Assembly: GCA_965235115.1 (NCBI GenBank) | Contig: OZ249440.1 | Location: forward strand, 34,350,001-34,414,000 | Source: Laetmonice hystrix | Lineage: Eukaryota | DNA length: 64,000 nucleotides | Direction of reading: 5' to 3' | Part shown: positions 26,305 through 40,000 of the stretch, piece after piece | How the letters are laid out: every line of letters begins with the position of its first letter | How positions within the stretch are numbered: position 1 is the stretch's first letter | Program-made: the position numbers and the translations under genes | Notes under the pieces: generated by a model | Database searches by the model: none | What the model saw: only the letters and a program-made list of their open reading frames with translations | Told to the model about the DNA's origin: nothing

Positions 26305-27370
26305 CTACCGCGTCCCGGATACCACTGTCTGAGCCGCCACCACCGGCCCCAGACTGTAGAGCTCATCACGTTGACCACACATCTGGCGGAGGTAGTACTT
26401 AGTGAACGTAGACTCCGCCCGCCAGTAAGCAGCCTTCATGATGTCCCCAACACTTACCCCGTTAAAATGAGCCCAAGAAGCTGACAACGTCCTTACCTCG
26501 TGCGCCCTCACCTGGCAGACAGTCAACTGATCTGGCGAGGCGGTGTCATAAGCTTGCCTTACCGTCTCGCATCGCCAGCGGGACAGAGAAGCTGGCGCAA
26601 TGTCTCTACGAACCCGGTCATCATCAGAGACAAATAACCGTTCTGACAACGCTCGCCGATCTGCTGTCCTAGTCAGGTAGAATCTGAGAGCTCTCACAGG
26701 ACAAAGGAGCCGCTCAGCATCATGTTGGCCCACCTCAGGGGACAAAGCCGGAAAGGAAACCGCCAGGGTAGGAATCGCTGGATCCTGATTCTTAGGAATG
26801 AACTGCGGTAAGAACTAAAGCGTTACCCCCGAATACCGCCGCCCAAACCGCACGTATTCAGCTGCCCCGCCGAATGCATGCAACTCAGACCGCCTCCGTC
26901 CCAACGCTAGAGCCACCAGGAACAACACCTTCCACGTCAGGTGTATAAGGTCCACCGACCCTAGCGGCTCGAAGGGAGGCTGAGTTATGGAATCCAAAAC
27001 CAAAGCCAGATTCCACAGAGGCGCCCTGTTGGCCCCCACCGGCCTTTGCAGGGAAAAAACTCCGCAGGAGCGCACTCAACTCCGGCGAGACGAACAAGGA
27101 CTGACCTTCCGAGTCCGACACCGTCGATGCCATAGCTGATCGATACCCCCGGACCGCCGATACTGACAGTCCGCGGTCAAACTGGGTCAGTAGAAAGTAC
27201 TGACGAAACAGAGGGAGCGGAGACATCAACCCTTCGGTCCTCAGCCCAGGCGACAAAGGCTGCCCATCGGGACTGATAGACGGAACGGGTCGACCGTCAA
27301 TGCTTGAGGGAGATAAATTCTGCCACGGGGCCAGAGAATCCCTGATCTTCGCATCGTCCCCGGACAACAG
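26305..27370 (-). pseudogene. DIRS tyrosine recombinase (frameshifted)
   Basis: LALGRRRSELHA, LCPVRAL, VRAHEVR and AAYWRAESTFTKYY motifs spread over several frames. Confidence 0.9.
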
Positions 27371-29160
27371 AAATGCGTGAATTAAGTCTGTACAGTCCTG
27401 GGGCGGGGTGAAACTGTCCCCTCTGTTCCAGCAAGTCCGCCGAAACCGGTAGCTCCCTGGGACGATCCAGTAGGAGCTCCCCTATATCGGGGAACCACGG
27501 TTGTGATGTCCACCAGGGGGCCACGAGAATCAGGGTGGCCTTCTCCGATCTGATCCTTGCTAACACTCTCCGTAGCAAGGGATCGACAGAGCGTCTACAG
27601 CAATGGCGCACGGATCCGGAAAGGGGCTCACGTAAAGGGGGAGCTGATGATTGGCCCGAGTGGCAAACAGATCCACCTGTGGCTCCCCCCAAACCTGAAA
27701 AATCCCCCGGACTACGTCTCTCCGTAGAGACCAGTCCGACGGTGGCAGTCTGCCCCCCCGAGAGCGAATCCGCCCATTGGTAGGACTTCCCTTGGACGTG
27801 GGTTAGCTGTAAGTCGACCTCGTGGTTGCGACACCACCACAGGATGTCCCACGTCATCCGGAACAGACGAGCCGAACGCGTGCCCCCCTCCTTGCGAAGG
27901 TAAGCCAACGCCACGTTGGCTGAATGAATTAACAGTACGGACCCCGTCACCTGTTCCGTGAACTGCTACAAGCCCCTGAAAATGGCCAGCAGTTCCAGGA
28001 CGTTCACGTGGTACCCCAACTCTTCCGGGGACCACGTGCCCTGGGCCTCCCAGTCTAGAAGATGGGCCCCCAGCCCGTCAACGACGCGTCGGTGAACATA
28101 TGGACAGTCGGCACCCTCTGTCCAAACAGCCGGCCCTCCGTGAGAGCCTCCCATCCCGTCCACCACCGGATCCAAAGTCCTAGATTCGGGGGTAACGGGA
28201 CACGCGCTTCCAGTGGATCTCTGAACGGTTGCCACTGACTCAGCAAAGCGAACTGCATCGGACGAAGGTGCATCCTGCCCAACGGCACCGGCCGTGACCC
28301 CAAGTTTGAGCAAACCCAACACCTGGAGCCACAAACGGGCCGCGGGAGAATAGCCCACAGTTTCTCCTGCCATCTGGCGGTGAGAAACACTCGGCCCAAA
28401 AGCGTGTCCCAACGGAATCCCAGATAAACGAACTGTTGGGACGGTCGAAGGGAACACTTCGGAAGGTTGAGCCTCCACTCCAGCTCCGCCACGGTACGGA
28501 GCAACCCGTCCGCCTGGTCGCACCACAGCTTCCGATCTGGATTGCGTAACAACCAGTCGTCCAGGTACAGGTGAAGGAACATTCCTCTCTGCCGGGCCCA
28601 GTGTCCGACCTGCGCCGCCAGTTTCGTGAACACCCGTGGTGCCGACGTTAACACAAGCGGAAGGACTGTAAACTGATAACAGTCCTCGGGTCCCGTAGCA
28701 AATCGCAGGTTGCGTTGATGAGGGCGAAAGATGGGGACAGGTATGCATCCTCGATGTCCAAGGTTACCGCCCAGTCCCCCACTCTCAAGCTCTGTGACAC
28801 TCCCTCTACCGTCTCCATTTGAAACTTTTCCCGGTAGAGGTGAGTGTTCAGAGCTTTCAGATTGAAGACCGGACGAAGGCCGCCCGACGCCTTGCTCACC
28901 AGAAACATCGGGGAGAAGAACCCCGGCGCTGCTTGGCCTGGCGCTACTCGAACCACAGCCGCCTTGTCTAGAAGGGACCGGACCTCCGTCAGCAACGGCG
29001 TTGCACTAAACCAGGCGGCAGCCTGAACGCCCTCACTACCGGCGACAGACGCGGCGGAACGGTCGCAAACTCGATGCGTAGACCGTCCCTGAGGACAGAA
29101 AGGGTCCACACATCGCGACAACCCAAAACGCGCGCCCTCACGCCGAAGGCGCAGACCCAC
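27371..29160 (-). pseudogene. pol: DIRS RT / RNase H / methyltransferase-like ORF (frameshifted)
   Basis: GGLRPVFNLK, LDIEDAY, YLDDWL, FTDASLTGWG, HVNVLELLAI, VDLFAT and VAPWWTSQPWFP motifs. Confidence 0.9.
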
Positions 29161-29208
29161 GGACCAAGAGAGCAGGGGAGACCCCCACCTCCTGGAGAGG
29201 GAGCGCCA

Positions 29209-31200
29209 CTAAGGACGGCCGCGCCACCGGCCCCGTGACTGGGGACGGCCCCGACTGGGCCCCCGTCCCCGCCCCCGGAACATAGACTCCGTCGGCCTAA
29301 GAGTCGGCCCACTCTGGGGGTAGAACGGCCGAAAGTGCTGCAACGGCCGGCGTAGAGCTTGTGGACCATAACGAGAATGAGCCGCTGGGGGTTCAAGACT
29401 ACGACGTAATTCCCAAGCCGCCTTCTCGCGCGTCGCAGCCTCTGCCAACTGACCCGCGAATAGCCAGTCCGCCTGCAGGGGAGTTTGGCGTAACAGAGTG
29501 CGAGATGCTTCAGATAAGACTGAAGACTTTAAAGCCGCATCACGCCGAAGCAAAATCACATATGCCTGAGTTCGCACCTGTAGCTCGATCACGTGGCGAA
29601 GGGCGACCGCAGACGAAGACAGAAAATCTCCACATCCGCAAGGAACCCAGCGCGTAGAGATTTCTGAGCCGCAGCTAACAAAAACTCGGCCGAAATCGCC
29701 GCGGCCGTCGTAGCTCGTGCCCTATCGTCAAATTCTCCTAAGAGGTAACGAGAAACCGAAATATTGGAGGGCTCCGAAATGTTGAGAGCCGCAGCCTCCC
29801 CATCTAGCGAGGGACCGGCAGCTGGAGGTCCCGAGTGCAGCAAATAGTCCTGGGGACGGAACCACTTAATCTTCGGCCGGGTCTTTCCTTTGTCAAACTT
29901 GAAGAAATGCCCGGTCCCCATACCACTAGGGGTCGAATCCAGGGCTCCCACCGGCGGGCTTGGCAAGCCCGACGTGGAAGGCTTGCCGGGAACTCCTTTA
30001 AGCCAAGCCGAGAGGACGTCCCAAATCTGTGTATTACTGGCTCCATACGGAAAATTCACCACCTCCGGCAGGGGCGAACCCCAGTCTAACTGAAAGGCAG
30101 GCACCGCTGGCAAGGCTAAGCAGGGGGAATCCCGACGAGGCGGGCAAACCTGCTCTCCTAGGAGGCGGGATGCCTTGTTACGCAACTCCGCAAAGCTCAA
30201 GGGAAGCTCCTGCACGGAGTCTCCATCCCACGGCTGGTGACGACGTAGAGGAGACCTAGACCTAACCGGGCCGGACTCCGCAACTAGTCGGGGAGGGGAG
30301 AGATCAGAAACCGAGTCACTCCCATCTTGAAAGGGCCTACTACGCCGCTGGTAGGGGTCCCGGCTAACCGACTCCCGTGTTATCGTGGCCGAGGGTGTCG
30401 TAGTTCTCCCCTGTGAGAACTGAAGGCGAGCGCCGTCACGCACAGGCTCGTCACGCCGGACGCTCGACGCCCCCGCGCTTTGAAGGGCTCAGCCGACGGG
30501 CTCGAGATCTCTAAAGAAATCAAGCCCGGGGGCAATGCTACCGCCCTGACTGTGGCCTAGTCTCACTCCGCCGTCAGGTAAGCCGGATCCCTGCCCCTGC
30601 CTCTTGGGCTGACAGTTCACCGGCTGGGAGACCGACATCCCGAACATCGGGTCATCAGCCTCCCTGGCCACTAGATTGGACAAGACGCCGTCCTGCCCCT
30701 GCCTCCGACGTCTGGGTCAAGTTGGGCATCACGGAATCCCGTCTACTTGGACGGTCAACCATGTGCGACCCTGTCTCAATCTCCGAAAGGTTACGAGACG
30801 CCGTCCTGCCCCTGCCTGTCTGGCGGACAGTTCGACGTCTGGGTCAAGTTAGGCATCACGGAATCCCGTCTACTTGGACGGTCAACCGCGTGCGACCCCG
30901 TACCAATCGTAAAAGGGAGCCAGGTCTCCACTCCGCCGAATGGAGACCGGAGCCACACCGGCCCCCTCGCCGCCCGAAGCCAACTTCCCCGGGGAGGTCG
31001 TCCTACCACATCCTAAGCTCGACGGCAGGTCTGGCTGAGACCCCCCGGACTGACGACCCGGCCACCGAGTCCGCCCCGGCCGTCGACTCAGACGGAGAGC
31101 CGAGGTCCGCGACCCCGTCTGGCCTCCAACTCTCGAGCGCTACACACCGCCGACGGTCGTCCCATAGGCCTAAGAGTAACTCATGTTGACACCTGGTCAT
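29209..31200 (-). pseudogene. gag: DIRS gag-like ORF (broken), with an internal duplication at about 30684-30900
   Basis: Lies upstream of RT; LLRRDAAL...PL...LF motif and Arg/Gly-rich end typical of DIRS gag. The start is uncertain. Confidence 0.65.
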
Positions 31201-31900
31201 CTGTGACGGTAAAAACATATCAAAATTAAACACCAGTCACTCAATACATGGAAGCTTCGTCAACCACAGGTCAACAGTCAAAAGGCGGTGACCAAGCGGT
31301 GACCGGTAGACCGAGACCAAACCACACTACGTGGCGAGTCGGTAAATACAAGAAACGAACAATGCAAACCGCTTGTAAAACCACACTCTCCGGACAGGAA
31401 AAGCTGGCGAACGAAATTCGTAAGAAGAACCAAGGGTTTAAATACTCACAGTTTCTGTGTACGAAAACGATAAACCCAAGCCTGACCAAAGGATATAACT
31501 CCGCAATAGTCTGACGAACACGTGTGGGTGCACCCGTGGTCAGACAAAATGTGACTAGCTAGCCAGCTCAAATGGGCCGGGTGGTGACGTCATCGGGTGG
31601 GAGGGGTCTGCGCGGTCACCGCGCAGCCGCAGAAGGAAAATTTCTGACCATTGGCTAAAAGACTAGCAATAAATCTCATTATGTTATTAAGTTATGAGGT
31701 AAGGGAGCGTATGACCTTAACTTAAAGATATGTCAGTCTGTTTGAGACTAATTTAACGGTATTAATGCCTAGTTAAAATGTACTATTTGTAATTGTATGA
31801 ATGAAAGAAGTTGGTTGCTTCAGCAAACTGGTGATTCTGTTACACTTGCATCAGAAATCCAGTGTAAAATCGTTCCTCCATCATCCCATCCACGTTAAGT

Positions 31901-34417
31901 TCACACATAGTACCCCCCATTGTCATCATCATTGTCACTTTCAGCAGCAGCAGTGGCAGGTCCTTCATGGGGTAGACCAGCGTAGTACTGGCGTACATTC
32001 TGTGGAACAATGCCCTTGTCTCCGAGTGCCACCAGGTCACGATATTTTGCTGCCTTGATAGGGAGTGACTCTGTGTACTTCGCCTCTGGATTGCATGTGA
32101 GACTTGCGGCGCGTTTCATGAGGTCTACTTTCTTCCATGGCTCCATGTCGTTGTGTGTGTATCTACACCATACCAGTTTGGGATGAGATACCGTCACTTG
32201 CTCATTCTTCTCAAAGTCCATTTCCTGACTCTGCCCATAGGAGAACCACATGACTCCATGGAGCTTGACTGCTGTTCCACTCTCATCCTTCAGAGTACTC
32301 TTGATAGTATTATCTCCCAGGGTTTTATAGTCCTTAATGTCCTCGCCCTTGATGGCTTTGACCTCAAATGGCTGACTAATACGAGCGCCGTTGATGATTT
32401 CTGAGTACTCGGTAGGCAGGACTGGATGGTGCTTCTTCTTGTATTTCCCGATCAAGGCAAAATCACGATCGTTTGGCAAGAACGTGTGACCACGTATTAG
32501 GTAGAAGTGGTCAATCTGGTCATAATGCTCAATTGCAAGCTGTGCCCACAGGGTGAGGACAGCCTTATTCTTGTTTTGGCCACAACAAGAATCGCTGAAG
32601 AGAACCAGACGTCTTGCTTCTGTGTGTCGCTCAAGGACAGTTGCTTTCAAACAAGAACAAACCTCAGATGAGCCACGTTTGGCCACTGTTTCATCCCATA
32701 CATGCATGATTCCATCTCCTGTGGAAGCATCATGTAATCCAAAGTTATACACCCACAGCATTCTACTGTAGAACATGTCACTGGTCGTGAGACTCGGCAC
32801 AGGCAAGTTCTGTTGAAAGTCAAAAGTGTACACGTCCAACGCTGCTGACTTCTTAGCTTCTTCAGTTAAAGTCGAGAGTGTACTGTATGCCTTTTCAGCT
32901 TTGCGGTGGTGTTTCTCCTTTTCCTGTCTCAACTCTGTTGCTTTTGCCTGATCGTTGCTTGCCTCTGCATGTGCAATTGAAATTTCCAGCCGGTCACACA
33001 GTGCACATGTGTCAGATCGAGGCAACCCAAATCCAATATTGAGCTGATTGAATTCGTTTCGATAAGTATGAAGTTTAACTTGTGCAGTGCACTTTCTCTT
33101 CTGCTTGATGTTGTCGAGCTGTTCTGGCTCATTGTTAATCAGGTACAAAAGCCACATTCTCCTTACACTCAAATGTTCTGGCAGGTATGTTCTCTGGGGG
33201 TTTTGATGTCTCGAGTAATGCGACTGTTGCTGTGGAAATGATGCTATATGCTGTCTCACTTTTTGCCTGACTGCATTACCGATCTCCCTCTGGTGGCCAT
33301 GCTTTCCGCGCCTGTCCTGTGGAGGCAGAGTTAGATTTGGCTTGCGGATGTTCTCAAATCGAGACTTGCCAATTCCATGAAGTGATCGAAAGGCAGCTAC
33401 ACATACTGCTGTTTGAGTACCATCTTCCCGTCTGACTGTGTATGTGTAGGTTGACTGACGATAATCTCCTCTCGCTCCAGATCTGCTCCTCCTCCTTGCT
33501 ACTGGTTTAGCTTGGATGAGGCCAAACAGATGTGAATCTTGAAGGGCTTTGTCACCCAAGTTATAGAACTCTGTGAGAATTCTGTTAACATGCCCCTCTC
33601 CCAAGACGGTGAAGCATTTATTCTTACACTGGCAGGGAGGTCCAACTTTCTTTTCAGATACATGCTTGCCTTGGCTGTTCACAAATGCTTCTCCTCTTGC
33701 AGACTTCAGCTTTCTCAGTGAGCGTCCCCATGATGTGGGATCACGTTTCCTTTTCTTGAATTGTCTCACAGGGACTGGTTCATCAGCACCATAGATCTGA
33801 ATTACCTCGTCTTCACACACAGATCTAGTCCTGAAGGGCTGAGCTTGCTCACGTGTTTGGTTGCCATCCTCCTGCTCGAATGTAGAGGGCTCAGCTTGCT
33901 CACGTGTTTGGTTGCCATTCTCCTGCTCATTCTCAGCAGTAGCTGCTTCGAATGTAGAGGGTTCAGCTTGCTCACGTATTTGGTTGTCAATCTCTTGTTC
34001 AGTCTCAGCAGTAGCTGCTTCGAATGTAACGGGTCCAGCTTGCTCAGGTATTTGGTTGCCATTCTCTTGTTCGGTCCCAGCAGTAGCTGCATCAAATGTT
34101 TCATCTTCAGTTTCATAGTCAGTCGTATCAGGATGGTAAGATGGATCTCTCAACTCATTATCTTCTGTATCGGGAAAACAGTCATCAAGGTCATCATTGC
34201 TTTTGGTAGTCTTCCTGGGGATTAACAAGCATGAAGCATGTGGCTTGCTTAACCCCTGGGCCATTTGCTCAACCATTTCAACTGTGACCCTTGCAGGAAC
34301 TGACACCTCATTCTCACTTTCTGATTCATCATCTAGATCGCTCAAGTCCTGAGAATCTAGTTCATCAATAAGAGCAAGAACCTCTTTCCCACTCAAGGCT
34401 CCTAATCTTTTGTCCAT
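31901..34417 (-). CDS. Sola1-type transposase, 838 aa, uninterrupted
   Basis: Motifs CQCKNKC, DRRGKH, SHYSR, DTCALC, FDFQQNLP, SDSCCGQNKN, GHTFLPNDRDF; acidic 24-aa tandem repeats near the N-terminus (about 33830-34100). Confidence 0.88.
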   Translation of the reverse strand: MDKRLGALSGKEVLALIDELDSQDLSDLDDESESENEVSVPARVTVEMVEQMAQGLSKPHASCLLIPRKTTKSNDDLDDCFPDTEDNELRDPSYHPDTTDYETEDETFDAATAGTEQENGNQIPEQAGPVTFEAATAETEQEIDNQIREQAEPSTFEAATAENEQENGNQTREQAEPSTFEQEDGNQTREQAQPFRTRSVCEDEVIQIYGADEPVPVRQFKKRKRDPTSWGRSLRKLKSARGEAFVNSQGKHVSEKKVGPPCQCKNKCFTVLGEGHVNRILTEFYNLGDKALQDSHLFGLIQAKPVARRRSRSGARGDYRQSTYTYTVRREDGTQTAVCVAAFRSLHGIGKSRFENIRKPNLTLPPQDRRGKHGHQREIGNAVRQKVRQHIASFPQQQSHYSRHQNPQRTYLPEHLSVRRMWLLYLINNEPEQLDNIKQKRKCTAQVKLHTYRNEFNQLNIGFGLPRSDTCALCDRLEISIAHAEASNDQAKATELRQEKEKHHRKAEKAYSTLSTLTEEAKKSAALDVYTFDFQQNLPVPSLTTSDMFYSRMLWVYNFGLHDASTGDGIMHVWDETVAKRGSSEVCSCLKATVLERHTEARRLVLFSDSCCGQNKNKAVLTLWAQLAIEHYDQIDHFYLIRGHTFLPNDRDFALIGKYKKKHHPVLPTEYSEIINGARISQPFEVKAIKGEDIKDYKTLGDNTIKSTLKDESGTAVKLHGVMWFSYGQSQEMDFEKNEQVTVSHPKLVWCRYTHNDMEPWKKVDLMKRAASLTCNPEAKYTESLPIKAAKYRDLVALGDKGIVPQNVRQYYAGLPHEGPATAAAESDNDDDNGGYYV

Positions 34418-35053
34418 GTTGCTCTACCAGAAGCAGGAGGGCTGAAAGCAGATTTTGCAGCAAGTATAAAAATAAGCATGTTTACAGACTGACAGTGAAA
34501 GGCTATAGGAAGGCCATGTGCAGCAAAGAGTGCGAGTAACATTGGTCAAGTCTGCAAGTAGGTCGGTATCAGTTTGCTCAAACTGAAAGCATGAGCAGTA
34601 TTGGATCAATGGTAAATGTGCCAATGCAAAAACAAGGTTAAGTCAAAGTGTCTATTTCACCTAAGAATCTAGGCTGATCATGTTTCAAGTTTGTTGAAAT
34701 ATGCCTAAATTAATATCTATGAAATATTAAATTTGATATTACCACACAAAATGCATTGAATTCCATTCAGTACCTCTAGAAAACCACACAAGTGACCCTG
34801 TGTGATAATGCTGCTTTTCCTGAAGGTCATGGCAGTTGATAGTGTGTCAGTACAAAAACAGTGTTAAGTCCAACGTGGACTTAGCCCTTTTTTTGCACAG
34901 ATTTGAGAGGCCCCTTACACCCTTAAAAAAGATAGTACCAGCATGAAACAATAGACGGAACGGTAGCAGGCTATTTTTAGCATCATAATATTGCCCTATG
35001 GGTAAAATACATAAATGTGACTTAGCCTTGTTGTTGTACTGACCCCTTCAATT

Positions 35054-35460
35054 ATTTCTTCTAATGGAGTCACGGAAGATTTGAGGTGTTTCATGTAGGA
35101 ACTTTGGGATTTTGCCGTGAAGCTATTCCAGGTCAGTTTGAACACCTGAGTAGCTAAGTTTTCAATGAAATCTTCTTTTCATTCAGTGACAGCGATGAGT
35201 TTTGTATGGTCCGTACTAACCCACTGTTTACAAGTGATGTCCTCAATATCAGTCAGCTCAGCACATTGGTTGAGGTAATCAATGAGACACTGGCGGCCAG
35301 GACACTCTTTGCATTGACCCATCATGCATTTTCTCTATCATCTGAACAGACACAGTGCTTCAACATATCATGAACATTAGACTTCAGACATGCTTCAGCC
35401 ATCAGTTTCAGATTTTGATGATATTTGCACACACAAATGGAACATGTATTCATCCACACG
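35054..35460 (-). pseudogene. Second Sola2-like transposase fragment
   Basis: Minus-strand translation CVCKYHQNLKLM...CVC...CMMGQCKECPG...KQWVSTDHTKL. A possible terminus GGAATGACCC ends at about 36349. Confidence 0.6.
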
Positions 35461-35884
35461 CTGATACTCACACTTTTTAGCATCAGGTAGGCAGACGTGA
35501 CTTTATTTTACAGGATAATGAAAAATATTATACCTCCAATTTTTGGATATTATGTAGGAAACATGTAGGGCTAAATATTTCATGTAAGGTCACTTCAAGT
35601 TCACGTGATCCACAAGGTCAAATTCAAGGTCAAAGTAAACATCAAAAGGTCATCACTCTTTAAATCATCACTATGTCAGAATTAGAGACAGATTTAAAAA
35701 GCCTGAGCAATTCCCTCTCCAGAAATAACGATTTCCCCAAGATTGACCCATTGGTTGCCGAGCTATGGTCATTTGAATGTAGTCGGCCATGCCCATTTTG
35801 ACCAAAATCGTCAAAATTGAATGGGCCATATCTCTGAAACCGCTGGTCCGATTAAGCTAAAACTTGAAATTTCAGCCATGATAA

Positions 35885-36264
35885 GGCCAAAAAAAAGAGT
35901 TTCGTTTCTTGTCCTTTCATATAAAAAAATTGGTGCGGTGACGTGGATTTTTTTCATGTTTCTTTTTTTGGGGGGGGGTTGCAACTAGACAACGGCCGAT
36001 TCTTCGAATGCAATTGCTGTTGGGTACATAAATCTTGAAGGAAAGACTAATGCAATGATGTTCAATGTTTTAGAATGTGTAAAACTCACATAAAATCAAC
36101 AAGACTAACAGAAAAACGCCAACACCAAAGAACCGTTGCAAAATTCTGTCAGAGCGCCACACTGCCCACCATATCAAGCAGTCGGATTTGAAAAAAAAAA
36201 GACTTGACGCGGGGGTTTTCAGGCGACGCGCGCGGGGACAAAAAACGAATTTTTTTTTTTGGCC
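35885..36264. mobile_element. MITE with TAA TSD (Zator- or Harbinger-like)
   Basis: TAA|GGCCAAAAAAAA...TTCGTTT / AAACGAATTTTTTTTTTTGGCC|TAA. Confidence 0.7.
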
Positions 36265-36961
36265 TAACTACATATACCAAGTTTCGGCAAAATCGATGGG
36301 GGTGGGGTTTAGATTTCCATTTTTTTGGTGATTTTACACGGAATGACCCTAGATCTACCCCGGCAGTAAAGAATTAACGTTGACGTTAAATTCGGATTCA
36401 CTCTAGAACAACTCCTCAGCTATCTGTGACAGGAAATCACTAAGACGACGAACATGAATGCTGTCACTAAGAATCAAGACCCAGACGCCATTTTGTTTAA
36501 CCTAGGCCTAAATCCTGTGGCTGTGAGATAAAAATGGCTAAACCTAGGCCAATAGACTATGCCTAGAAAATGAAAGCAAGGTGACCATTTTATAAAGACG
36601 TGACTAGAAACTCAACCTCGGATGAACTAAAATTAAAACGATTGAGAGTGATAAAATGCGACCTTTCACACTGAAAACCGTTGCCCTGCGTGTCTTGAAG
36701 AAAGTGGGAAGATTCAAGGACAACGTCACGGTCGTCAACCGGTTGCGGCATGATGCATGATGGGATTCGGCGTGACGTAATTATTCAACACATGACCCAG
36801 AAAGTTGTTGCCATGAGGGCACTGATTGGGACAGTGGGCCTCTCCGTGTTTTCCTGCATAAAATTCATTGAACCTTCAGTTACAACGTGCCTATATATTG
36901 TGAATTTGTGATAAAGTATATCTAGAATGTTGTTGTCATGCACACCAATCTAAACGATGTC

Positions 36962-36964
<3 letters not shown>

Positions 36965-37006
<42 letters not shown>
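36965..37006. repeat. (AAT)14 microsatellite
   Basis: Read directly from the sequence. Confidence 0.95.
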
Positions 37007-37010
<4 letters not shown>

Positions 37011-37051
37011 GCCAGAATAAAAAAATGATCCATTCTTTATTTACCTTTGAT

Positions 37052-40000
37052 TTACGACTTTATCTTGAACACGGCGCAGCACGTGTCCACGACCAACTTC
37101 ACCTTCTGACTAGGACTGAGGTCAGCAGCCTCCAGGGCCACTGCCTCCCTCAGTTGATGGTTGGAGGCCAACTCTCTCCTAATGATGGCCGCTCCAAATC
37201 GCTCCTGGTGACCCTTGAAGGCTGCCCGGATCAGCTCCCTTGTATGAGCCAACCATCGCCTCTTTGGGTGGGTGATGGTACTTGGGCATTCCTGTTGGAG
37301 ATATTGAAATATGAATAACAAAACATGCAGCCATGAATGTTCCTAAGCATACGTTTTGCAAAATTGTAGGTTTACTTACGTTTGTCGATGCCTCCTATGT
37401 GAGGACCTCGTCTTCGGGGACTCTCATGTGGACTGAAATATCAGGAATATGGTGTTATTTACAATCTATAAACATCTATTTATTTTGCCATTCATTTAGG
37501 AAATTCGTCAAAAGCTGCAATATACTCGCCAAGAAACGATGCCACAAGCGGGGTGTACCTGAACTTCTCCCGCAGCCCTAGCTGCCTGGGGTTGTGGTTC
37601 TTCATGAGGAACTGTGTCAGCGTATTGAGGTCCAGAACTCCCGGTGCCTCCTGCCACAATGCATCCACTTTTGAGAGGCCGCCAAAATAGACGGCCATGG
37701 CGCTGCGCAGGCCAGGCACATCGTAGCCCTTTGCCGAGTCAGCCATTTGTTTTAGGACGCCCGCATTGGCCAATATCTTCAGGGCCCGTGATATATTTTC
37801 TTCAACATTATTTCAACGTTATTTCAACATAGACGCCATGGCAAGTGAAGTCCTTGTAGTCATTCAAAGTTGTGTTTGTACTCACCTCTGAACAGAGTGC
37901 CCTTTACTTCAATGTGTCCTGTGGCCACGACAGCTGGTGGAAGGCGTTTGAGCAAGACTTTTGCTGCTATAATACACAAAAGGGGTGCTTATTAAATATA
38001 TATGTTAAATGTTCTGTCACTGACACCACATGAGGCACTTATTGAACTGATACTGACCCTCAGGGGCGTGGAAGGGCTCCACTTGAAGGGGGGCCTCCAC
38101 CACCTCCATGTCCATGGTCTCCGAAGTTCTATCGAAGAACAGGAATGATTCAACATTAAATGCCTATTTTTAATGCCTACTACAGTTACCTGGATATTGG
38201 CGATGTAGAGTCGTCATCTGAAATAGAGATTTGCAACATGAGTGGATAACAATCATTAGGTAAATGACAGAAATATATTTGAAAGGTGGTCATACTTAAA
38301 AAATTATCTTTACATTCATAAATTTTATGCATCACCGTTTTGAGGACATTGCGCTCCCTCTCCGGGCAATTCTGGCAGGGCCAGTTGGTGCATGTTTGGG
38401 GCAGCTATTCTTGGTAGCTCTACCTGCAGTATTGTCGGCTGGGGCTGCAGGATGGAGGGGAGGTGCTGACGGGCAGCTTGCATCTTGAAATGCGCAATAT
38501 CGCAATCTGCAGCCATTACGTAGTTGTCAGGACCTTCCCGCCCATCACCTTGGCCACCAGGTTTGATATCCTGGCAGCTTTGTTAACTTTCCGACTGCTG
38601 TCGTAAGTTTCCCGTTGCATGCGGGCCGAGTGACACATGAAACTCGCCAACTCGTCACGCTCTTGTTCCAGAAGGTTGGTAAGCTGAAAATAAAGTACAT
38701 AAGTAAGTGTGTAAGTGCATAAGTAAGTGTGTGGGTGCATAAGTAAGTGTGTAATTGGGTCATTCTCCTGAAAACGTATAAAGTGACGTCACTGCTATTT
38801 ATATCAGAATATTTCTGGAGAATATGAACAAGACCACTAATTTCGAACGTAATATGATTAATTAATGTCTTTCTTGTAAAAAACACTCTATTTATAGTAT
38901 ATTATGTGGTAATCTAATTTTTTACAGCCACTGAGGAATCAAAAAATGAGCAAAATCGCTTGTCACTAATGTTGGTCTCCAATGTTGTTTCTTCCTTCAA
39001 GCACATTAATAATTAAATGTGCTTTAAGTTACTGATATTTATATAAAAGAATGATGCCTTTAATTAATTTATACAAGAAAAATATTGATCATACACGTTA
39101 TTCTCTGAAAAATTACACTACAACGGCCGTCACCGCATTTTTTGTCAGTGGTGTTACCAGACACCAGATCTCACATTTGAGATAATAACTGATCCCTGAA
39201 GTTCCATTTTTCAACACGAGAGGGCAGTACGACTTCCTGGCGACAGACACACGTGAAACAGTTAGCGAAGTTTTACAGGTTTTTTAAAAAAAGGGAATTA
39301 TTTTGGTCAAGTCTCTTGAGTATTTTAATTAGGTGTCAGTAGTGTTACCTTAATATCACCCTTATTATACCAGATATTCTTAAGAAATTATATGTGCAGA
39401 TTAAGTAAGTGTAGCCCTGTGTCTAAACACAATTAACCTTGATGACATGGTCAATGGTCAGGAGCAGTCATTATTTAAACATAAAATGTCAGTGGTGTTA
39501 CGCGTCAGTGGTGTGACACCTACTGGTAACACCACTGACATTTAGAGAACAGTCAAGGTTTCTACAGCATGTTAAGTTCTTTTGGATGGTTCAATACTAG
39601 ATGTTAAGCTGGAAACAAACCGCATGATGCACGACGCATGCTGTCTGTGATGTTAAAGTCAATTTAAGTCAGTGGTGTTACTTGCCGTCAGTGGTGTTTA
39701 TGTAATTTGTCAGTGGTGTGACCAGTGATGAAATCACTGCCATAAGATCACTTTTTTCAACTACAGGAAATATAGCTATATTTCCTGTCCAGGTGACCTA
39801 AGTGGAAAATATTTAACAACGCACTATTAGAATTCAACATCTTTGCAGTCAGTATGCACCAAGATTTGTGGGGGTCACACCACTGACAAAAAGGTCATGG
39901 GTTATGAACTTTTCCTCCAAAAATTTCAGGGTTGTATGAAGGTGGGAGCTCAAGTATATGTCATTTTAAAATGTTCATATAATGTATGTTTCAGATAATA

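Larger units (their letters stand above)
25405..31721 (-). mobile_element. DIRS1-type tyrosine-recombinase retrotransposon
   Basis: Inverted terminal repeats at about 25801-25965 and 31537-31702; internal complementary region at about 26006-26111 matching both termini; gag, RT/RNase H/MT and YR coding remnants. Confidence 0.92.
25010..35049 (-). mobile_element. Sola1-type DNA transposon containing DIRS and SINE insertions
   Basis: TIR GAAGGGGTCAGTACAAGAACAAGGGTAAGTC / GACTTAGCCTTGTTGTTGTACTGACCCCTTC, AATT TSD at 25006-25009 and 35050-35053, intact transposase ORF. Confidence 0.9.
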
